Counted from the first letter of the whole stretch, positions 9,975 through 23,885 are shown. The stretch is 63,632 bases of DNA, filler included, from Fonticula-like sp. SCN 57-25 (GCA_001724245.1; 7 parts of 7 records of this genome joined end to end with filler, not necessarily neighbours in it); one strand, 5' to 3'. Translations and numbers: made by a program. The notes: generated by a model from the letters alone, not told the origin.

Positions 9975-10074
9975 NNNNNNNNNNNNNNNNNNNNNNNNNN
10001 NNNNNNNNNNNNNNNNNNTTAATTAATTAANNNNNNNNNNNNNNNNNNNNNNNNNNNNNNNNNNNNNNNNNNNN
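9975..10074. other. artificial contig linker
   Basis: 44 N + TTAATTAATTAA (stops in all six frames) + 44 N. Confidence 0.99.
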
Positions 10075-11049
10075 TGCACGCGCGCAGGCGCTGTGCGAGC
10101 GGCCAGCCAGCACACGCGCGCTTTGGCGCGCCCCGCGCAGGCGCGCGATGGCCCGCATCGCCGTGCGCCGAGGTGTGTGCTCTCGCGTCTTTGCGGACTG
10201 GCCGAAGTGCACGCGCGCAGGCGCTGTGCGGGCCGTCCCGTCACGGCGCAGTGCCCGCGCATTTTTGTGCTTTCTTTCGCTCCCTTACAATGCTTTCTGC
10301 GTCTCCCCTCTCTCTCGTTTTGTGACGGCCTGCTCCTGCAACGGCGTCTTTGTACGGCGTCGCTGTCTGCCTCTGACGCGCTTCGGCTCAGTCATGGGCC
10401 AGGCAGACGCACGGCGAACCCGCGCGATGAAGGCTGCATGCCTGCGTTTGCTCTGCGAGGCGTGCCAGCAGCAAAGCGTGCGAGGGCTTCATTTTCAGGG
10501 CCGTGCGGGGTTACGCACCACAAGTGTCTTTACTACTGACGACAGCAACGCGTACGCCTTTTATGTGCACCAACGGCGTCGGCGCCGCACCACAAGCCAC
10601 TGCAACACGCCAAGGTTCATTTCAACAAGCGCTTCAAAGTGCCTGGCACCACTTTTTCGTGGTCGTAAGTGAGGACCGCGCCGAGGTGTCGCTGAGCGTT
10701 GCTCGTTCTGCCGGCATGGCAAGCTACATTGTGATCTTGGGCGCCAATAAAACTCGTCGATGCTAAGGTTTAATGATAGAAAGATAATGTATTGTAGAAA
10801 AGACTGCGTAGTTGAAACGTCTGGAAAGAACTCGAATGATGGGAAAACGTTTGCGAAAATGGTAGCGCTCATTGCATGTATTAGAGAAAGATGACTAAAT
10901 AAAGTGCAAGGATACCGGTATGGCGGGAAGAGGTGCTAGTAATCACAACAGAGAAAGGAAAGAGCGGGGATCCGGCGGAGTCGATCATCACACTGACACT
11001 GCAAGCAACAAAAAAAGAGCGCTGAACACGAATCACAATAAGGCAAAGC

Positions 11050-14000
11050 TCAGATGCTCACGCTGTCAATCACGACGTTGGCGCGCTTCGCCGATGCAAC
11101 GCCGCGCTCGATCAAAGTGTTCACTGCAAGTGCCAGAGGAAGCAAGAGAAATATGAAAGTAAGCGAAATGGGCATATTTTGCACAGAAGGAGACGCACAG
11201 TCATTCAGACGCTGTCGCAAGAAATTGCTGGCGGGCGGAAAGACATCGGCCGGCCGGGAACTGCAGCGGGACGTTTTGTGAGCGGACAAATTAGTATTAT
11301 AGGTAGGTACGCCCATCAAAGGCACTGTGCCGACGCACAGCATATCGCGTAGCAGCGTAACCTCGCTGCGCCAGTGCGCAAGGACGGCGCGCATCTCGCG
11401 AGGCAGGCGGCCATTTGCCTCTTCGGCGCGCAGACGCTCTCGGCGCGCGCGCATGGCACGGCGCGCCGTCGGAATGAGAACCTCAGGCACGAGCGGCTCT
11501 TGCCGCCAAAATGAGGATGTCGGCGCCTCGCTGTCGGCCTGCGTCATCCTGGGGACGCCCGCGGCAGCTATCGTAGTAAAGTATGAAGGAAGGAAAGAAA
11601 GAAATCAAGGAAAAAGGAGCAATCCGAGTCAGTGTTGCGATCGATCCATGCATGCGTGAGTGCTCATGCAAACAGTCTACTACGAAGGGCGCACCCGGAG
11701 TGATCGTCACGGCCGCGTCGGGCGCCGCCGCCTCAGTCATAGTGGTACTTGTGGTTTCGACAAACCTATTGTAGGCGGCCACCTTCGTGTCGCGGGCCTT
11801 GGATAGGGCACGCTCCACGGTTTGAGCGTGCTGCGTCATCTTGTAGCCGCCTATGGAAAATGACAGCCGCTGAGCATGAGACACAATTTCACGGGCAGTA
11901 GAAGGTGCGCGCGGAATTCGTACGATAATGGCGTTGCGCGTGGCTTCTGGCGGCGACCAGTTGCTGGCCGGCCTGAGAGGCGGCCACAGCGAGGTGGTAC
12001 GCCTTGACCAGCACCTCCTCCACCTTACCGCAGAGGGCTTGGGCGCGGAATGACTGTGTCATGCCGGGCTGGGTCGGAGGCACAGGCGCGGCCATCATGA
12101 CCTTGTCGATGGCGTCAAAAAGAGCGACGTGCGACGGGTACCCTTCTCTCATGTACGCCGCGCTTCGGTCGCGATCATCTTGACTGCAATAGACGGCGAA
12201 TAAAAGTCGCGGAAGGAGAGCGAGTGAGTATAAGCGAGCATTTGAACGTATACGCATGATTGCATACTATACTGTCCAAAGCACAAAAAACAACGGGTAC
12301 AGCACAAGTCAAACGCAAACACAACGGCGAATCATGATATCGGCACACAACATATTATCACCACGCACAGTACTATTATAATAATGTGCGCGAGAACCCT
12401 GCTCCCGCACACTATATAGCACAGTATAAGGGCAACATACAAATACACACTGCAGTAGTGGACTCGAGCTGCTACTAGTATAGACGGCATGCAAGTACAT
12501 TCGAAATCCCTGCGACTGAAAACAAGAAACGTACGATGGTAAACTGAGACTCGTGGCGAATGCGTCGTAGACATAGCAGCAATACAGTCGGGCAGCACGA
12601 CCGACGTATCCTGCCGGTGGCAGACGGGAAAAAAGTGTGTAGCCCAGACACAATCAGCACCATATACGCATGCACCGAGCACCGTAAATAACCCGCGCAC
12701 CTCCGGTCCAATCGACGCCGGGACGTGCCTCGATTTCATCGAGCGATAGACCAGCCTCTGTAAGCTGATATGCGGAAGTGCGCAAGGTAACTTAAAGTGA
12801 GAAAAACAAAACGCAATATCTCGCGACTCAAAATGCGCGCGTACTGCTTGCGAGCATGTGGCGAGCTCTAGCGTGCTCGACTTGAGGCGTGCGTCCGCGG
12901 CGCGCAGCTGTTGGGTAAGCATTTTCACTGGGACCGAGCAGCGCGCCAGTGAGTACTTCTACTAATGAGGCTCCAGAGAAGTAGGGCCAGCGTCCCGCCG
13001 CCAGCTGGTATGCGGAAGTGCACCAACCCGGTGGCATTGCACGCAACATCGAGAACACTTATAAACATGCCAACGTGACGTACTGAGGCCCTCTTCCTTC
13101 TCGCGGTTTCTCACCGTTGCCAGGAAAAAGAGGTGCTCAAAAAAGGCGACCTCGCCAAGCTGGCGCAAAATAGACTTGTACGGCGCTGAGTAGCATCACA
13201 TAGAAAGGGGTAAGAAGAATCACTGGCAGGTGAGCATTGAAATGGGCCCGCGACGAATGGCGGGGCAGGTGGCGGACACAAAAACGACCAGAACCGCTCA
13301 GCCGACTCGCCGTCCCTGAGGCCGAGGCCCGGGGTTCGCAAAGGGTCATGGTTCTAGCAAGGGTCGGGATTACAAAAAGAGTCAGACCGACAGACACATC
13401 AGGCGCAGAGACGCTCATCGCAAATTATTGCTATTGGCACGTACGTCCTGGCATTTGGTCTGGTGACCGTAAAAGTGCATCCCCGGCAGGACAAACTCGT
13501 ACTCGCCTTCGATGAGCTCGACTAGACCGCTTGCATGCTGTCGAAAAAGTACGCACATAGCATGAGTACATGATGGTGCACGAGAACAAATGCAATTTCC
13601 GCCTAGTAGCATTGCACGAGAACGAATGTTGACACTGGCACAGCACTATCAGATAGTACTAATTGTACTGGCAGAGGAAGCGTACTCGCGTCATATAGGG
13701 CTTAAGCTTGCAAGCCAAGTCGTAAAACACGTACTTGGCCGGCTCGCCGCTTTGCTCCATATGCGCCAACAGCGCGACGCTGAGGTACAGACTGTGGGGA
13801 GAGAGGACGAGAGGGGGAAAGGGAAGCGAGGATTGTGTGCGTTAGTTATCGTGCTACTAGACGACAGAGACTCGAAGGCGTTGGTCATGCGATAATCTCA
13901 TCAAAGACTCCACAAGACAAGAAGCGTGATACACATTGTAAGATGAAGCCGCGGAAACAGACCAGATTTCAAGGCAACAACACGACTGGCGTACCGCTCC

Positions 14001-16071
14001 CCGGCATTCATGGGCGCCAGGGCCAACAGGAACCCATGATGGCACACGGCGCCCATGACGCCGGTCTGATCAAGATGTTGGTGACGTGTGGACACGTCGG
14101 CGAGCATGAGATCAGCGTCGGAGCCTTTGGTGACCCCGCATGTCTGCGATTCAGGGCAGAGATATCAGCTGCGCGAATTTGCTTCAGACAGTGCAGTGCG
14201 TCTCCCGCACCGCGTTTGTCGTGTTCCCCTGCCGGCTTACAGCGGCGGCGGCGGCCTCGAGGGTCGCGTCCGGCACGATAAGCTCCTTGTCTGCAACGAA
14301 CGAGGCGTCAGCAAATGAGCCACCCGCCCGTAGAAAACTCTATGAGGGCACAGGCGCACTGAGGCAAAGCGATGGGCGATGGCCGTTGATGTGCTTGTAG
14401 CGGACGGCTTGCATGCAGCCGTCAATGCATACAGCAGACTCGCCCTGTCGGCGATCAGTGAAGTTCAAGTAGGACCAGTCAAAATGATAAGGCACAGAAG
14501 AAGAAAGGATGCGACACGCGTGAGACACGCCGATGACTTCCATCACGAGTTTGACCGCAGTGCGGCAGGTGAGGTCACGCACAGGCAAACAGGCCCCGGC
14601 ACATCGAAAAGATGAAAATGGTGCAGCCGCCGCTGGCGCGGGCGTGCTCAGCGAGACCGGGCCGTCCGCCGAGCAGCGCGTCAACGCCCAGCGGTAGCTC
14701 TGCGCCATAAAAGCGCGATAAAAACTTGTCGCGTCATACAGCCTCGTTCGGAGGCTGCTGGTAGACGGCGACTACATGGCAAAAATCGTGGCGCAGGTGT
14801 GAGGCCGATGCGGAGGGCCGGTGCATTGGCATTCGCGCGAACGCACCGCAGTGTTATAACCGAAGCCAGCCGACAACACGCGCCAGACGTCATGTGTTGC
14901 CGTGCGCGCCTTGCCATAGAGTAAAGCGGCCAGTTGCAGCAACCGGCGGTGGAAGGCGGTCTCAGGCCGCAGCGGCGTGCCCGGCACAAAGCCGTGTGCC
15001 ATAAGGCACACCGCCAGGTCCGAGTCTGCGCCCGGTTCACTGGCACTGGCAGACGAACTTGTTGAACTTGTCCTTGCATCGGCAAAGAACTTGGCGCTGC
15101 AAACGCCTGCCAATGCAACACATGTCAGCTGCGGCACATACTCAGGCTAGTAAATATGCGAGTCATACCCCACTCGGTCACGACGACCACCTCACCCACT
15201 TCCGCTCCGTCGCAGGCCCCAAAGCAAACAGCCTCCGGCAGCACCGGCGTGCGATCAGCCGCACGCATGCGAGCGTGCAGCTGTCGCAACCCGCATGCCG
15301 CGCCACAGTGCAGAGTGCGGTCGCACGGTGCGCACAGAGGGCCGCACTCACAGCAGATCAGCGTCGCGGCGGCCGCTTGCGGTTTGCCGAGGACGCAGCA
15401 GATCGTGCAGTTCTGTTATGTTGGTGGGTAGGGAAGCGCGCGTCGCAGTCCAGTAAGTATCAGATAGGAAAAGAGCGTGCGCAGGACGGAGAGGAATTCA
15501 TGTACCTGACCATCGCGCAGCGTCATCGACGACGCAAGGGCGTCGGCAAGGAGCGCCTCCTTCTCTTGCCACCCAGCGACGCGGGCAGCTTCGGTGATGC
15601 GGTAGGCGCCTGGGCGACGGCGCTTCGTAGCGCGGTCGGCATCTTCCCTGCACGCGGCAACACCGTCAGCAAGTGGGTAGTGTGATCATTTAGTTGTGCG
15701 TACCCTTCTTTGCTTGTGTCGTCTTCGCCATCATCGGTTTCGCTATCCCACGCCGTGTCCTCGCAACTTGACTCGGACGAATCATGCGGATCGGGAGCGC
15801 CGTCGTCAGGTCCGTCGTCACAAAAGCCGCCAGGTCCGTCGTCGCCGACAAAGTCGTCGCGCCCGTCGTGCGACGGCGCAACGTGCTGGACTGGCACGCG
15901 GACAGCACTAGCACTGGCGACGTCCGCGCCGTCCTGCCTGCCCCTTGCAATCAGTTTTATGGCGCCATCGTCGTCTCCCGACGTCAACCGGGCCATAACT
16001 CGCGAGATCTGCGCCGACCTCTTGCGCTCAGCAACGCGCGCCATGTCGTACAACCTCTTGACTCCCTTCAT
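11050..16071 (-). mobile_element. KDZ (Kyakuja-Dileera-Zisupton) transposase gene, multi-exon, probably degenerate
   Basis: Motifs in the expected order on the minus strand: CxC-type HGFVPGTPLRPETAF (~14960-15000), FRCAGAC, CIDGCMQAVRYK, LDQTGVMGAVCHHGFLL...GERY (~13990-14075), FYDLACKLKPY (~13700-13730), PGMHFYGHQTKCQ (~13450-13485), PGLGLRDGESAERFWSFL (~13280-13335). These are separated by GT..AG introns. There is an in-frame TAG at 14340-14342. Gene ends are approximate. Confidence 0.8.
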
Positions 16072-18419
16072 CGCCGAGCTGATCAGCGGCAGATCCGCGC
16101 AGGATCTGGGCGCGCGAAGCGCATAGACAAGAGGAAACAGGCAAGGAAACAGCCAGGAGAGAGCCAAAAGGCACACGCTGCACGCGCAAAAAGCAGGCCA
16201 AAAGCTGGCCAAAAAGTGGGCCTTTTTTTTTTTAGTTCGGCGCACCTTTTTTGGCTGTTTAGGCGGAACAATCCGGATTTGATTGCATCTGCATCAGGGC
16301 ATTTTTATGCGTATTTTTCAGCGAGATACTCTATGCACTGTTGACAGACGGCACTATACGTCGAGTATTACGTATGCAGGGGTTGGCCTTGCTTATAAGG
16401 CAGCCAGTCCTGTGTATATTTTGCGTAATTGCATATAGAAAAATGTCGAATATTGTCATAAAAGAGTTATCCCCTAATCTCGTGCATAAAACTTGTGTGT
16501 TTCATTATCCTGTCACAAAACAAGGCCACGTTCTGTGTAAATGGTAAGGGCCTTTGCTGGCGGGAGATTTTGATCACCTGAACATGGTCAGAACTTTGCG
16601 TTAAACGAAGAATGCCACTATGTCATATGTTAACATACCCGAATCAATAATTGTACATCATAACTCGGTGCAAACACATGGGGCCTACAAGTACTATTAA
16701 GGGCGGAGGGCATCTATGCTATCGAAAAATTGCCCTTCACCAAGGGTCTCATCGTGCATACCCTGAAAATCGTGGATAAAATGGCACACGATCAGCTGAT
16801 TTGTCTGATTTTGCGGTCGCGAGTCGTTGCACTTGAGGATGGCGCGGTGGTGCATGCACCGCGCTACACTGTTAGCCTTCGCACTGTATTTTGTGCTGGT
16901 CAATGGTGGGGTCGCTCGGACAGCACAAAAAACTAGGTCAAGAGTGAGCTCTATTCGAGTATCATTACTACAGTACATATCTGTGTCGTTTACGCTACAA
17001 AATGCACATAGACAAGGTAATCTATTGTTCAGTCAAGTGCAGTTCCACAAGATAGCTCATCACCGGCAGGAATGAAGTGGTGGAAAAAACAGCAAAAATA
17101 TGCATTTGACCTTGACGCTGCGTTTTACCCGCCTATGATGATAGCGCTATTGACCCCTCACAATCAAACTACGTAACCACTACGAATAACGTTGACGCAG
17201 AATGAGCGCCATCAGTCGGCGACAGTAATGACTGTACCAGCGGCCATGTAGGCCGGCACGGCAGATATATCAGTCCAACCTAAATCAAGCTAACGGGTGA
17301 AAAAGAACAAAACACGAAACCGTTTGACATGCGCCGTTGTCCAAGTTAGTCAAAATATCACTCACAACAAGCTGTCACTCACAACAAGCTGATGTGTATC
17401 TTGTGCCATGTCAACGAAGCCGCGAAGGTAAAAGCGCTGTAGATTGAGCTAGAAAAAACGACCGTGCCTGTCATTCTCCGTCGTCCTGTTCAAGTGCTCC
17501 TTGACCGCGAGGGAGCTCGGGCCAGGCTGTTGTTTGCACAGACTTGGTACCACAGTGCCGAGACAGAAAACTGCTCATGTTAAGCCTGCGCAGGTGCAGT
17601 AGCTGCTCAAAGCGGCCCTGGGCGCATGTGTACAGCGGCAGAATAAGGAAGCGCGAGTAGCACCAGCGTGCCATGGTGGATCGCACACGCCATCAAGACA
17701 GGAAGCAGCCTTTCGCCACCAACAGCCACACCGCCGGCGGCACCGCTGTTGGCCAGCAGAGCCACCCCAGCATGAGGAGCACGACTGGGAGCTGTTTGAA
17801 AGTAGTACTCAGCGATGGCCGTCAATGAGGAGCTGGCGCGGCCACTAGCCGCAGCGGTGAGCAATTATAAACAAAAACAAGCACAAAACACACACAACAA
17901 AAACGGAAAAAGAAGGGAAGGAAATCTTTCAAAAGCAAAAAACGGGACGCACAGCCAAGGTGCAAGGCTACACCCGCCGCGTCCTTCAGGCCTAGACCTT
18001 GTTTTGATCTGAGTGGCGCTGCCATGAGTGCCGCCGTCGTCGCACAGCATGGTGAGAAACACACCAGGAAAGAGTCTTTGCCTCACGTCGCTGCAATTTT
18101 TACACTTGCTGAGCGCCAGACATAAAGCATCTTTAAGGTGAGGGGAGATCGTACCGTCTGCAGCGTGTCGCATGGGTCGGAGCAGAGCACACACAGGCAG
18201 CAGCCTGGCAGCAGCTGGGCAGCAGTGCAGAGGGCGTGGCCACAATCCGCCACATGGCCCTTTGTTTTTCTGGTTTGCCAGTTTGCCATTTTACTGTGTG
18301 GCCTGCTGCCTCGGTGCTGCCTCCAGAGGCTGCCTCACATCCCATCACTGGTGCTGGCCTCATCGGCGATTCAGCAGATCCACCACACGATCAACGTCGG
18401 TCGAGCGTGGGGCCAAAGA

Positions 18420-19958
18420 ATGTCCGAGGTGGCGGAGTGCGCTCAGCAAGCTGGCGGCGTGATGTCGGAGCCGGCGCGATCGCTGCTCGCAGTAGAAGGG
18501 GGTGCGCACTGTGCGATCTGCCGGAACGGATCGGAAAAGTAACAAGAGAGGTTTTTTTCCTCTTTTTTTTCGGCGGGCAGGTGCCAGTGGCGAGGCGAGC
18601 ATCGGCGGTACCGGTGGTGATTCGAACGTGGGCGGTGCCAGTGAATTGCGTGACGCCATCGACGACACTGAAACCTTTATTAATGAGCAGGCAGTTGATC
18701 GCCTCGCCGCGCTGCACGCCGTCGACGACGACGACCAGGGCGGAGGGGACCTGGCCAGGGGAGAGGCCCGCAAAGCCCTAACGATGTGGCTGCGCGAGGT
18801 GCACGCAAAGCCTGGCGTGGTGCGCCAAACCGCCGTGAAATTTTTGGCTCGGTTTTCTCTCACGCAATAGCGGCTTGTCGAGAAAGAAAGGCATTATGCC
18901 TTCCCACGAGGTCAGCCTTCAATGGAAAGCGGTGCCCCTGGAGAAGCGCAAGGCCTACGCCGCCGCGTGGGATTCCATTCGCGCGCGCGCCATATCCCTG
19001 GGCGCGGATGGCATCGTGGCGGGCGGCCATCTGGTCGGCGACCAGGTGCGCCGTGCGAGCATGATGCGTACGGCGCTCCGCAAAATTTCTGTCGAGGTAT
19101 GTATATGTTTATGGCGCAAAGGCGATAATGGAAACGCGGTTGCATCTGCTGCTGCGTCCTTTTACTCGTTTTTGTTTCATGCTAATGATTTGCTGCTTTT
19201 CCTTTCGCTTTTTGGCGTCTGTTAGATCGAGACTTTGTACTCCAACTGTGGCATGGACGTTGTGCTGCTCGCACAAGGCCCTGGCATGGCGGCCCACGAA
19301 ATCGCGACGCCAGGGGCGGCGAAGGCGTTCGCCGCCGAGCTATGTATGGCGCAAGCGTTTACGCGCTTTGTCGCGCTGAAAAAGGCCGCTGTCCCGTTGA
19401 CCGCCGGTACGTTCCATTATCACCGTGACCGCTTGCGGTACATTTGTACACGCACTGAATTTCTGCCAGCAGATGCGGTGCAGGTCCTCGGCAAAGCGGC
19501 CTTGCGCACCATTGTGTGCAACCGCCTCGACGCTCTATTTGGTGCGCAGCATGCCCTGATGCTCATGTCGCGCACTCATCGCGCTGTCTGTTTAGTGCAC
19601 TATGCGTCAGCACCTGCCGTGCCCTGGCGCCTGCAGCTTGCCGGCACGTGGCAGTTTGCTGCCAAGGTCGGAGGCCCGGCCGAATGGCAGCTAACCGCCA
19701 TGCCTGACGGCATCCCCACGCGGAAGGACGCGTGGGCGCTGGCGGACCTCCGCATGATTGCGCTTGCGTTGCAACAAGTTCAACTGATCCCTATTGGTAC
19801 GCTCAGTTTTGTGGCGCTGCTGCTCCAACTGCATGTGCTCATTGATCGTTTAGGCTCCAATGTCGCCGCGCCCGCCGCTGCGCCCGCCGCCGCGCCCGCC
19901 GCCGCGCCCGCCGCCGCGCCCACGCCCGCGCCCGCGCCCACGCCCGCGCCCGCGCCCA
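18420..19958 (+). CDS. HMG-box-like protein of the type associated with KDZ elements, multi-exon, 3'-partial, possibly frameshifted
   Basis: HEVSLQWKAVPLEKRKAYAAAW resembles HMG-box helices 2-3. Intron GTATGT..TTAG at ~19097-19225. Transcribed divergently from the KDZ transposase. Confidence 0.5.
19863..19958 (+). repeat. GC-rich tandem repeat encoding (APAA)n and (PTPAPA)n
   Basis: gccgcgcccgcc and cccacgcccgcgcccgcg units run to the contig end and probably caused the assembly break. Confidence 0.85.
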
Positions 19959-20058
19959 NNNNNNNNNNNNNNNNNNNNNNNNNNNNNNNNNNNNNNNNNN
20001 NNTTAATTAATTAANNNNNNNNNNNNNNNNNNNNNNNNNNNNNNNNNNNNNNNNNNNN
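19959..20058. other. artificial contig linker
   Basis: N44-TTAATTAATTAA-N44. Confidence 0.99.
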
Positions 20059-23000
20059 GGAAGAATATCCATATCAAAGCCATATGCAAGCTCCAGATCA
20101 ATCCCACCCAAAATTGCCGACCATGCTTGCTCCACTTGCGGACCCGATAATGGCAAATCCACCAGAAAATCAGGAAAAACCAGCATATTTGCGTCACTCT
20201 TACTTGCAAAGCAGACGTGTAGACCTTTCAGGAACGCAATCATAACACCATACGAGTCCTCCATATCTGCGCACGAATCCAACCATATGTTCTTCAAATC
20301 CCTGACTGAAATTTCACCATTCTGGAAGAAAGCATTGTGTTCCGGACGGAAAAGCTCACCAAGCGCATGCTGAGTCAAGAACGTCGGCTTCACGACCACG
20401 TCATCGAGTCCATCAATGTCAATGATGCGACCCCACGAACTCAACCGACACAGCGCAACTCGTATTTCATCATGATCGAGAATTGATTCTTGAACTGAAG
20501 ACATATCTAGATTGCAAATCAGCAAACGAATCAGACAAATAATAACCATACATATCAGATCATCCAAGTCAATAATTGGATCCTCACAATCTTCTACCGC
20601 GTCTAGCACGGCAGCATGCTGCTCGCTCATCAACACTCGAACACCCGCCACACGGACGAGACGATCGCCCAAAGTCGTGATAATGTCCGATACAGCACAA
20701 GGAGTGCTCCTTGCGAACGTGGTCTGGTTAACCATGGAGTGGTCAAAATGCACCGCGTCCAATGTTGACGCGCTCACCTCGCAATGCTCCCAGTCGTAAC
20801 CAATACCAGACTCGAGAATACATTCTCGAATAATGTCGCCACGCTTTCGCAAAGCTGCTCCATCCGACACACCTTCCGCATCCAAGTGCGTCCCCACGAC
20901 ATAAATGCACGTGCGCTGCTTCACTTCTTCCTCGAGTTCTTCCGCCTTGGGAAGGTGCGCCTTGAGCGTGCGCAGCCAATCAAGCAAATAAATGCTAATA
21001 TCTTTCCAGCTTTTGCTCGCATCGTATACCACCATGTACACTGACTGGTCGTGCAGAAAAGACGCCTGTCCGCTGACAAAGTGCCGATGATTTCCCAAGT
21101 AAGACCGTTGCCCAGCGAAATCCCAAGCTAAAACAGTGACGCCATCAATATAGTGTGTTTGTACATCAATGCCATGCGTGCGATGCGGCAGTGGCTTCTT
21201 GGGTCCATTATCCACATTGACCGTTTCGGCGGTGCACGTTTCAATTATATCGTGGAGCATGTCATGCCACCGCTTGGCTACCCGCTCAGTGCAAAACGTA
21301 ACATTTGTATCGCCGATCCACATTGAATTACCTTGCAACGAAAGCAATAACCCTTTCTCCAAAATAATCGTGGGATTCAACCACCCTTGCAGTTGCCAAA
21401 TACCCCACAAAGTATTCCATTCCAATGTAAGACGTAGTCCCTGAAGGCAAAGTGTCTTGCTGATGCCCATATGTGTAACGGACGTCTTTTCAGGAAACAG
21501 AGCTCGCAAAATAGTCGTTTTTCCCACCTCAGCAAATCCAACAACAAGCAGTTTGGCGGATGTTTGGTCATCACGATCACCTTCATCGAATGGCAAGTTT
21601 GCGAGAAATTTGCTGATCGCATCTACTCCATCGTGAAGGACATCTAATGGAATTCTTGCAAGCTTGCCGATAGGGGGCAAAGGGTAACTCCAATCTGAAT
21701 CGCTAAATAATCGGTTTAATTAGATGGTGCATTAATAGACAAAACAATCGTACAAATTGCATGGAAAACCCAATGTCCAACGATCAAACAACGCTTCGGC
21801 AATTCGCAATAAAGAATTCTCCTCCGTATCCAATGAAATTTGATAAAAATAATCTGCATCCGTGTCCAATGAACCTATACAAATGTTAGGCAACCGTTGA
21901 AGAGCAAAGTTACGTACAAAACGAATTCAAAGTAATTGACTGTACACAATTACTTCGAATCAAATCCGTAATCAAAACGACCGGATCATCCAATTCTTCC
22001 AAAATTTCAATCGAATCGTCAAAGGGAAACTCAGAAATCGGTACATCATAGTGAAAATATAAATAACAGACAATTGAGAGAGTGTTGGTATCTTTAAGAC
22101 CCTTGACCCAATCTAAAAACACTTCTAGGCTGGCGATACCCTTAACTACGCGTGTGAAAATGTGTTAATCGTCGCAGTACAAAAGTTTCATAAACGGATT
22201 CGCACTGGAAATATCCAGAAGAGCAAGATCACCTTGTTCGCGTAACTTTGATAACACTTCGCATAGCATGGATGTAGTTTCTGCGCCCGATATATTCCCT
22301 ATGACAGAATTAGATGCATTGGCATTAAACTGCACACTACGTACCCATCTTCAACGTTTTCAAGGTGCGCAGAGTAGCTAGGGATTGTGTTAACGATTGA
22401 ATAATACCTCCAGTCAACCCACAACCTAGCAGTAAATTAAGCTAAAAATAAAAATGCGAAAACGAAGGATACATACCACTTATATCCAAATACTCAATAG
22501 ATGGATGGTTGAGCAATCCTTCTGCAAATTCTTCCACCCCATGACTGTCAATTGATCGGTTCCCTGCAATATAATAGTAAGAAGTGGGGTAGGTCAACCG
22601 CAATAACGTACGAGAAACATCAAGTTTTCGAAGCGACTTGCAGTTCTTAAGCACGTGACCAAGTCCATTAGAGCCCCATGCAATGTCGCAATCTGATAAT
22701 TAAAATTATAAGAAACATAATTATGGAAATAAGTAAAAATATGAGTACCGCTAAGATTCAACTCCTTCAGTGCACTGCAACCGGCCAGGCCCGTGGCAAG
22801 CGCATTAAAGCCTGCGAGATCCATTTTCACCTCTAGCCAAATTCGTGATAATATCGTTAGAAAAAACTTACAATATTTAGCAAACTAGATATTGTACATA
22901 CTGAAAAGATCCAGCTTCTCCAGTTTCTTGCAATTAGCCAGGCCTTCAGCAAGCGCCTCTAAGCACGCGGAGGACATTTTGACACCTAAAATGCAATTAG

Positions 23001-23750
23001 AAGGAATAATGACGAGCGACAAACGTACCATAAAGGGTCAAAAAGGCCAGCGAAGTGGGGAGCGACTTTAAAAGCTCTGTGCTGTTATCGAGACGATAAT
23101 CTAAATCGTGTCAGTACAAAGCACAGCTAAGAAAAAGCCGCACAAAATAAACGAAAATGCGTCAATGGGCAACGCTGAAGGCAGCCAATAAGAGAATCAA
23201 CAACCTTGGGATGTACCTCAACATCATATTGCAAGTCGTCGTTTTCTGCGTTGTGGTGAGTTAGGAATTGACGATTGTCGCCAAACGACGTTCCGCACCC
23301 AAGTTGATCTCTTTGAGGTTGTTGCACTCGTCCAGTAGAGCACTGAGACTCTCGTGCGCGTCCACTGACTTGGGCACTACTTTAGCGTTAGCGGCAAACA
23401 GTTGAACAAAGGCGAATACCTCTCACGCTGAGGCGAAGGATTCGTGAAGGGTTTGGCGAACGGAGCACGGAATCCACATATTCCTTCATCACTACAGGGT
23501 TGTCTTTGGGTTTCCCGAAGCGAAGCGATAAATCTTCGACGAAGCGATTTTTACGTAGGCAATCAGCCAGTCGGCCCAGATCACTCATTTCAAATGAATT
23601 ATAAGAAAGATCTGTCTTTGGGTTAGCAGTCGCTCGATACCATGCGAGTACCGTACCGACTCGAATCAACTTGGCGCGGGACGCCCTATCCCAGTCAACG
23701 CCGCTACTTATACCCTGCCACGTAAAAGAAGCATCCTGTTTCTGCGTCAT
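20059..23750 (-). CDS. Roco protein: RI-type LRRs - Roc GTPase (PH-like insert) - COR; multi-exon, 3'-truncated by the contig end
   Basis: ATG at 23750. LRR exons at ~21800-23420 (LKELNLS, LRKLDVS, IEYLDIS). Roc motifs KLLVVGFAEVGKTT, RTHGIDV, WDFAGQ, VVGTHLD. COR-like segment LCRLSSWGRII..VVVKPTFLT..FPDFL. Confidence 0.88.
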
Positions 23751-23840
23751 CGTGATCAGCTCTCAAAAAAGCTCGAAAAGGACTCGAGCAACAATTGGTC
23801 TGTAGGCTGTCGGTTGCGAGGTCGTCCAGAGGTCGTCGCC

Positions 23841-23885
23841 CCGCCGCCGCCGCCGCCGCCGCCACCGCCGCCGCCACCGCCGCCG
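23841..23885. repeat. (CCG)n microsatellite upstream of the Roco gene
   Basis: About 15 CCG/CCA triplets. Confidence 0.9.

Noticed and set aside
10075-10260. Direct repeat TGCACGCGCGCAGGCGCTGTGCG (10075 and ~10208) as CRISPR or transposon end
   Set aside because: Only two copies in GC-rich low-complexity DNA at a contig edge, with no array and no matching opposite end.
16340-18400. TET/JBP dioxygenase cargo expected with KDZ elements
   Set aside because: I found no HxD..H..R 2OG-Fe(II) motif set in the frames I could read.
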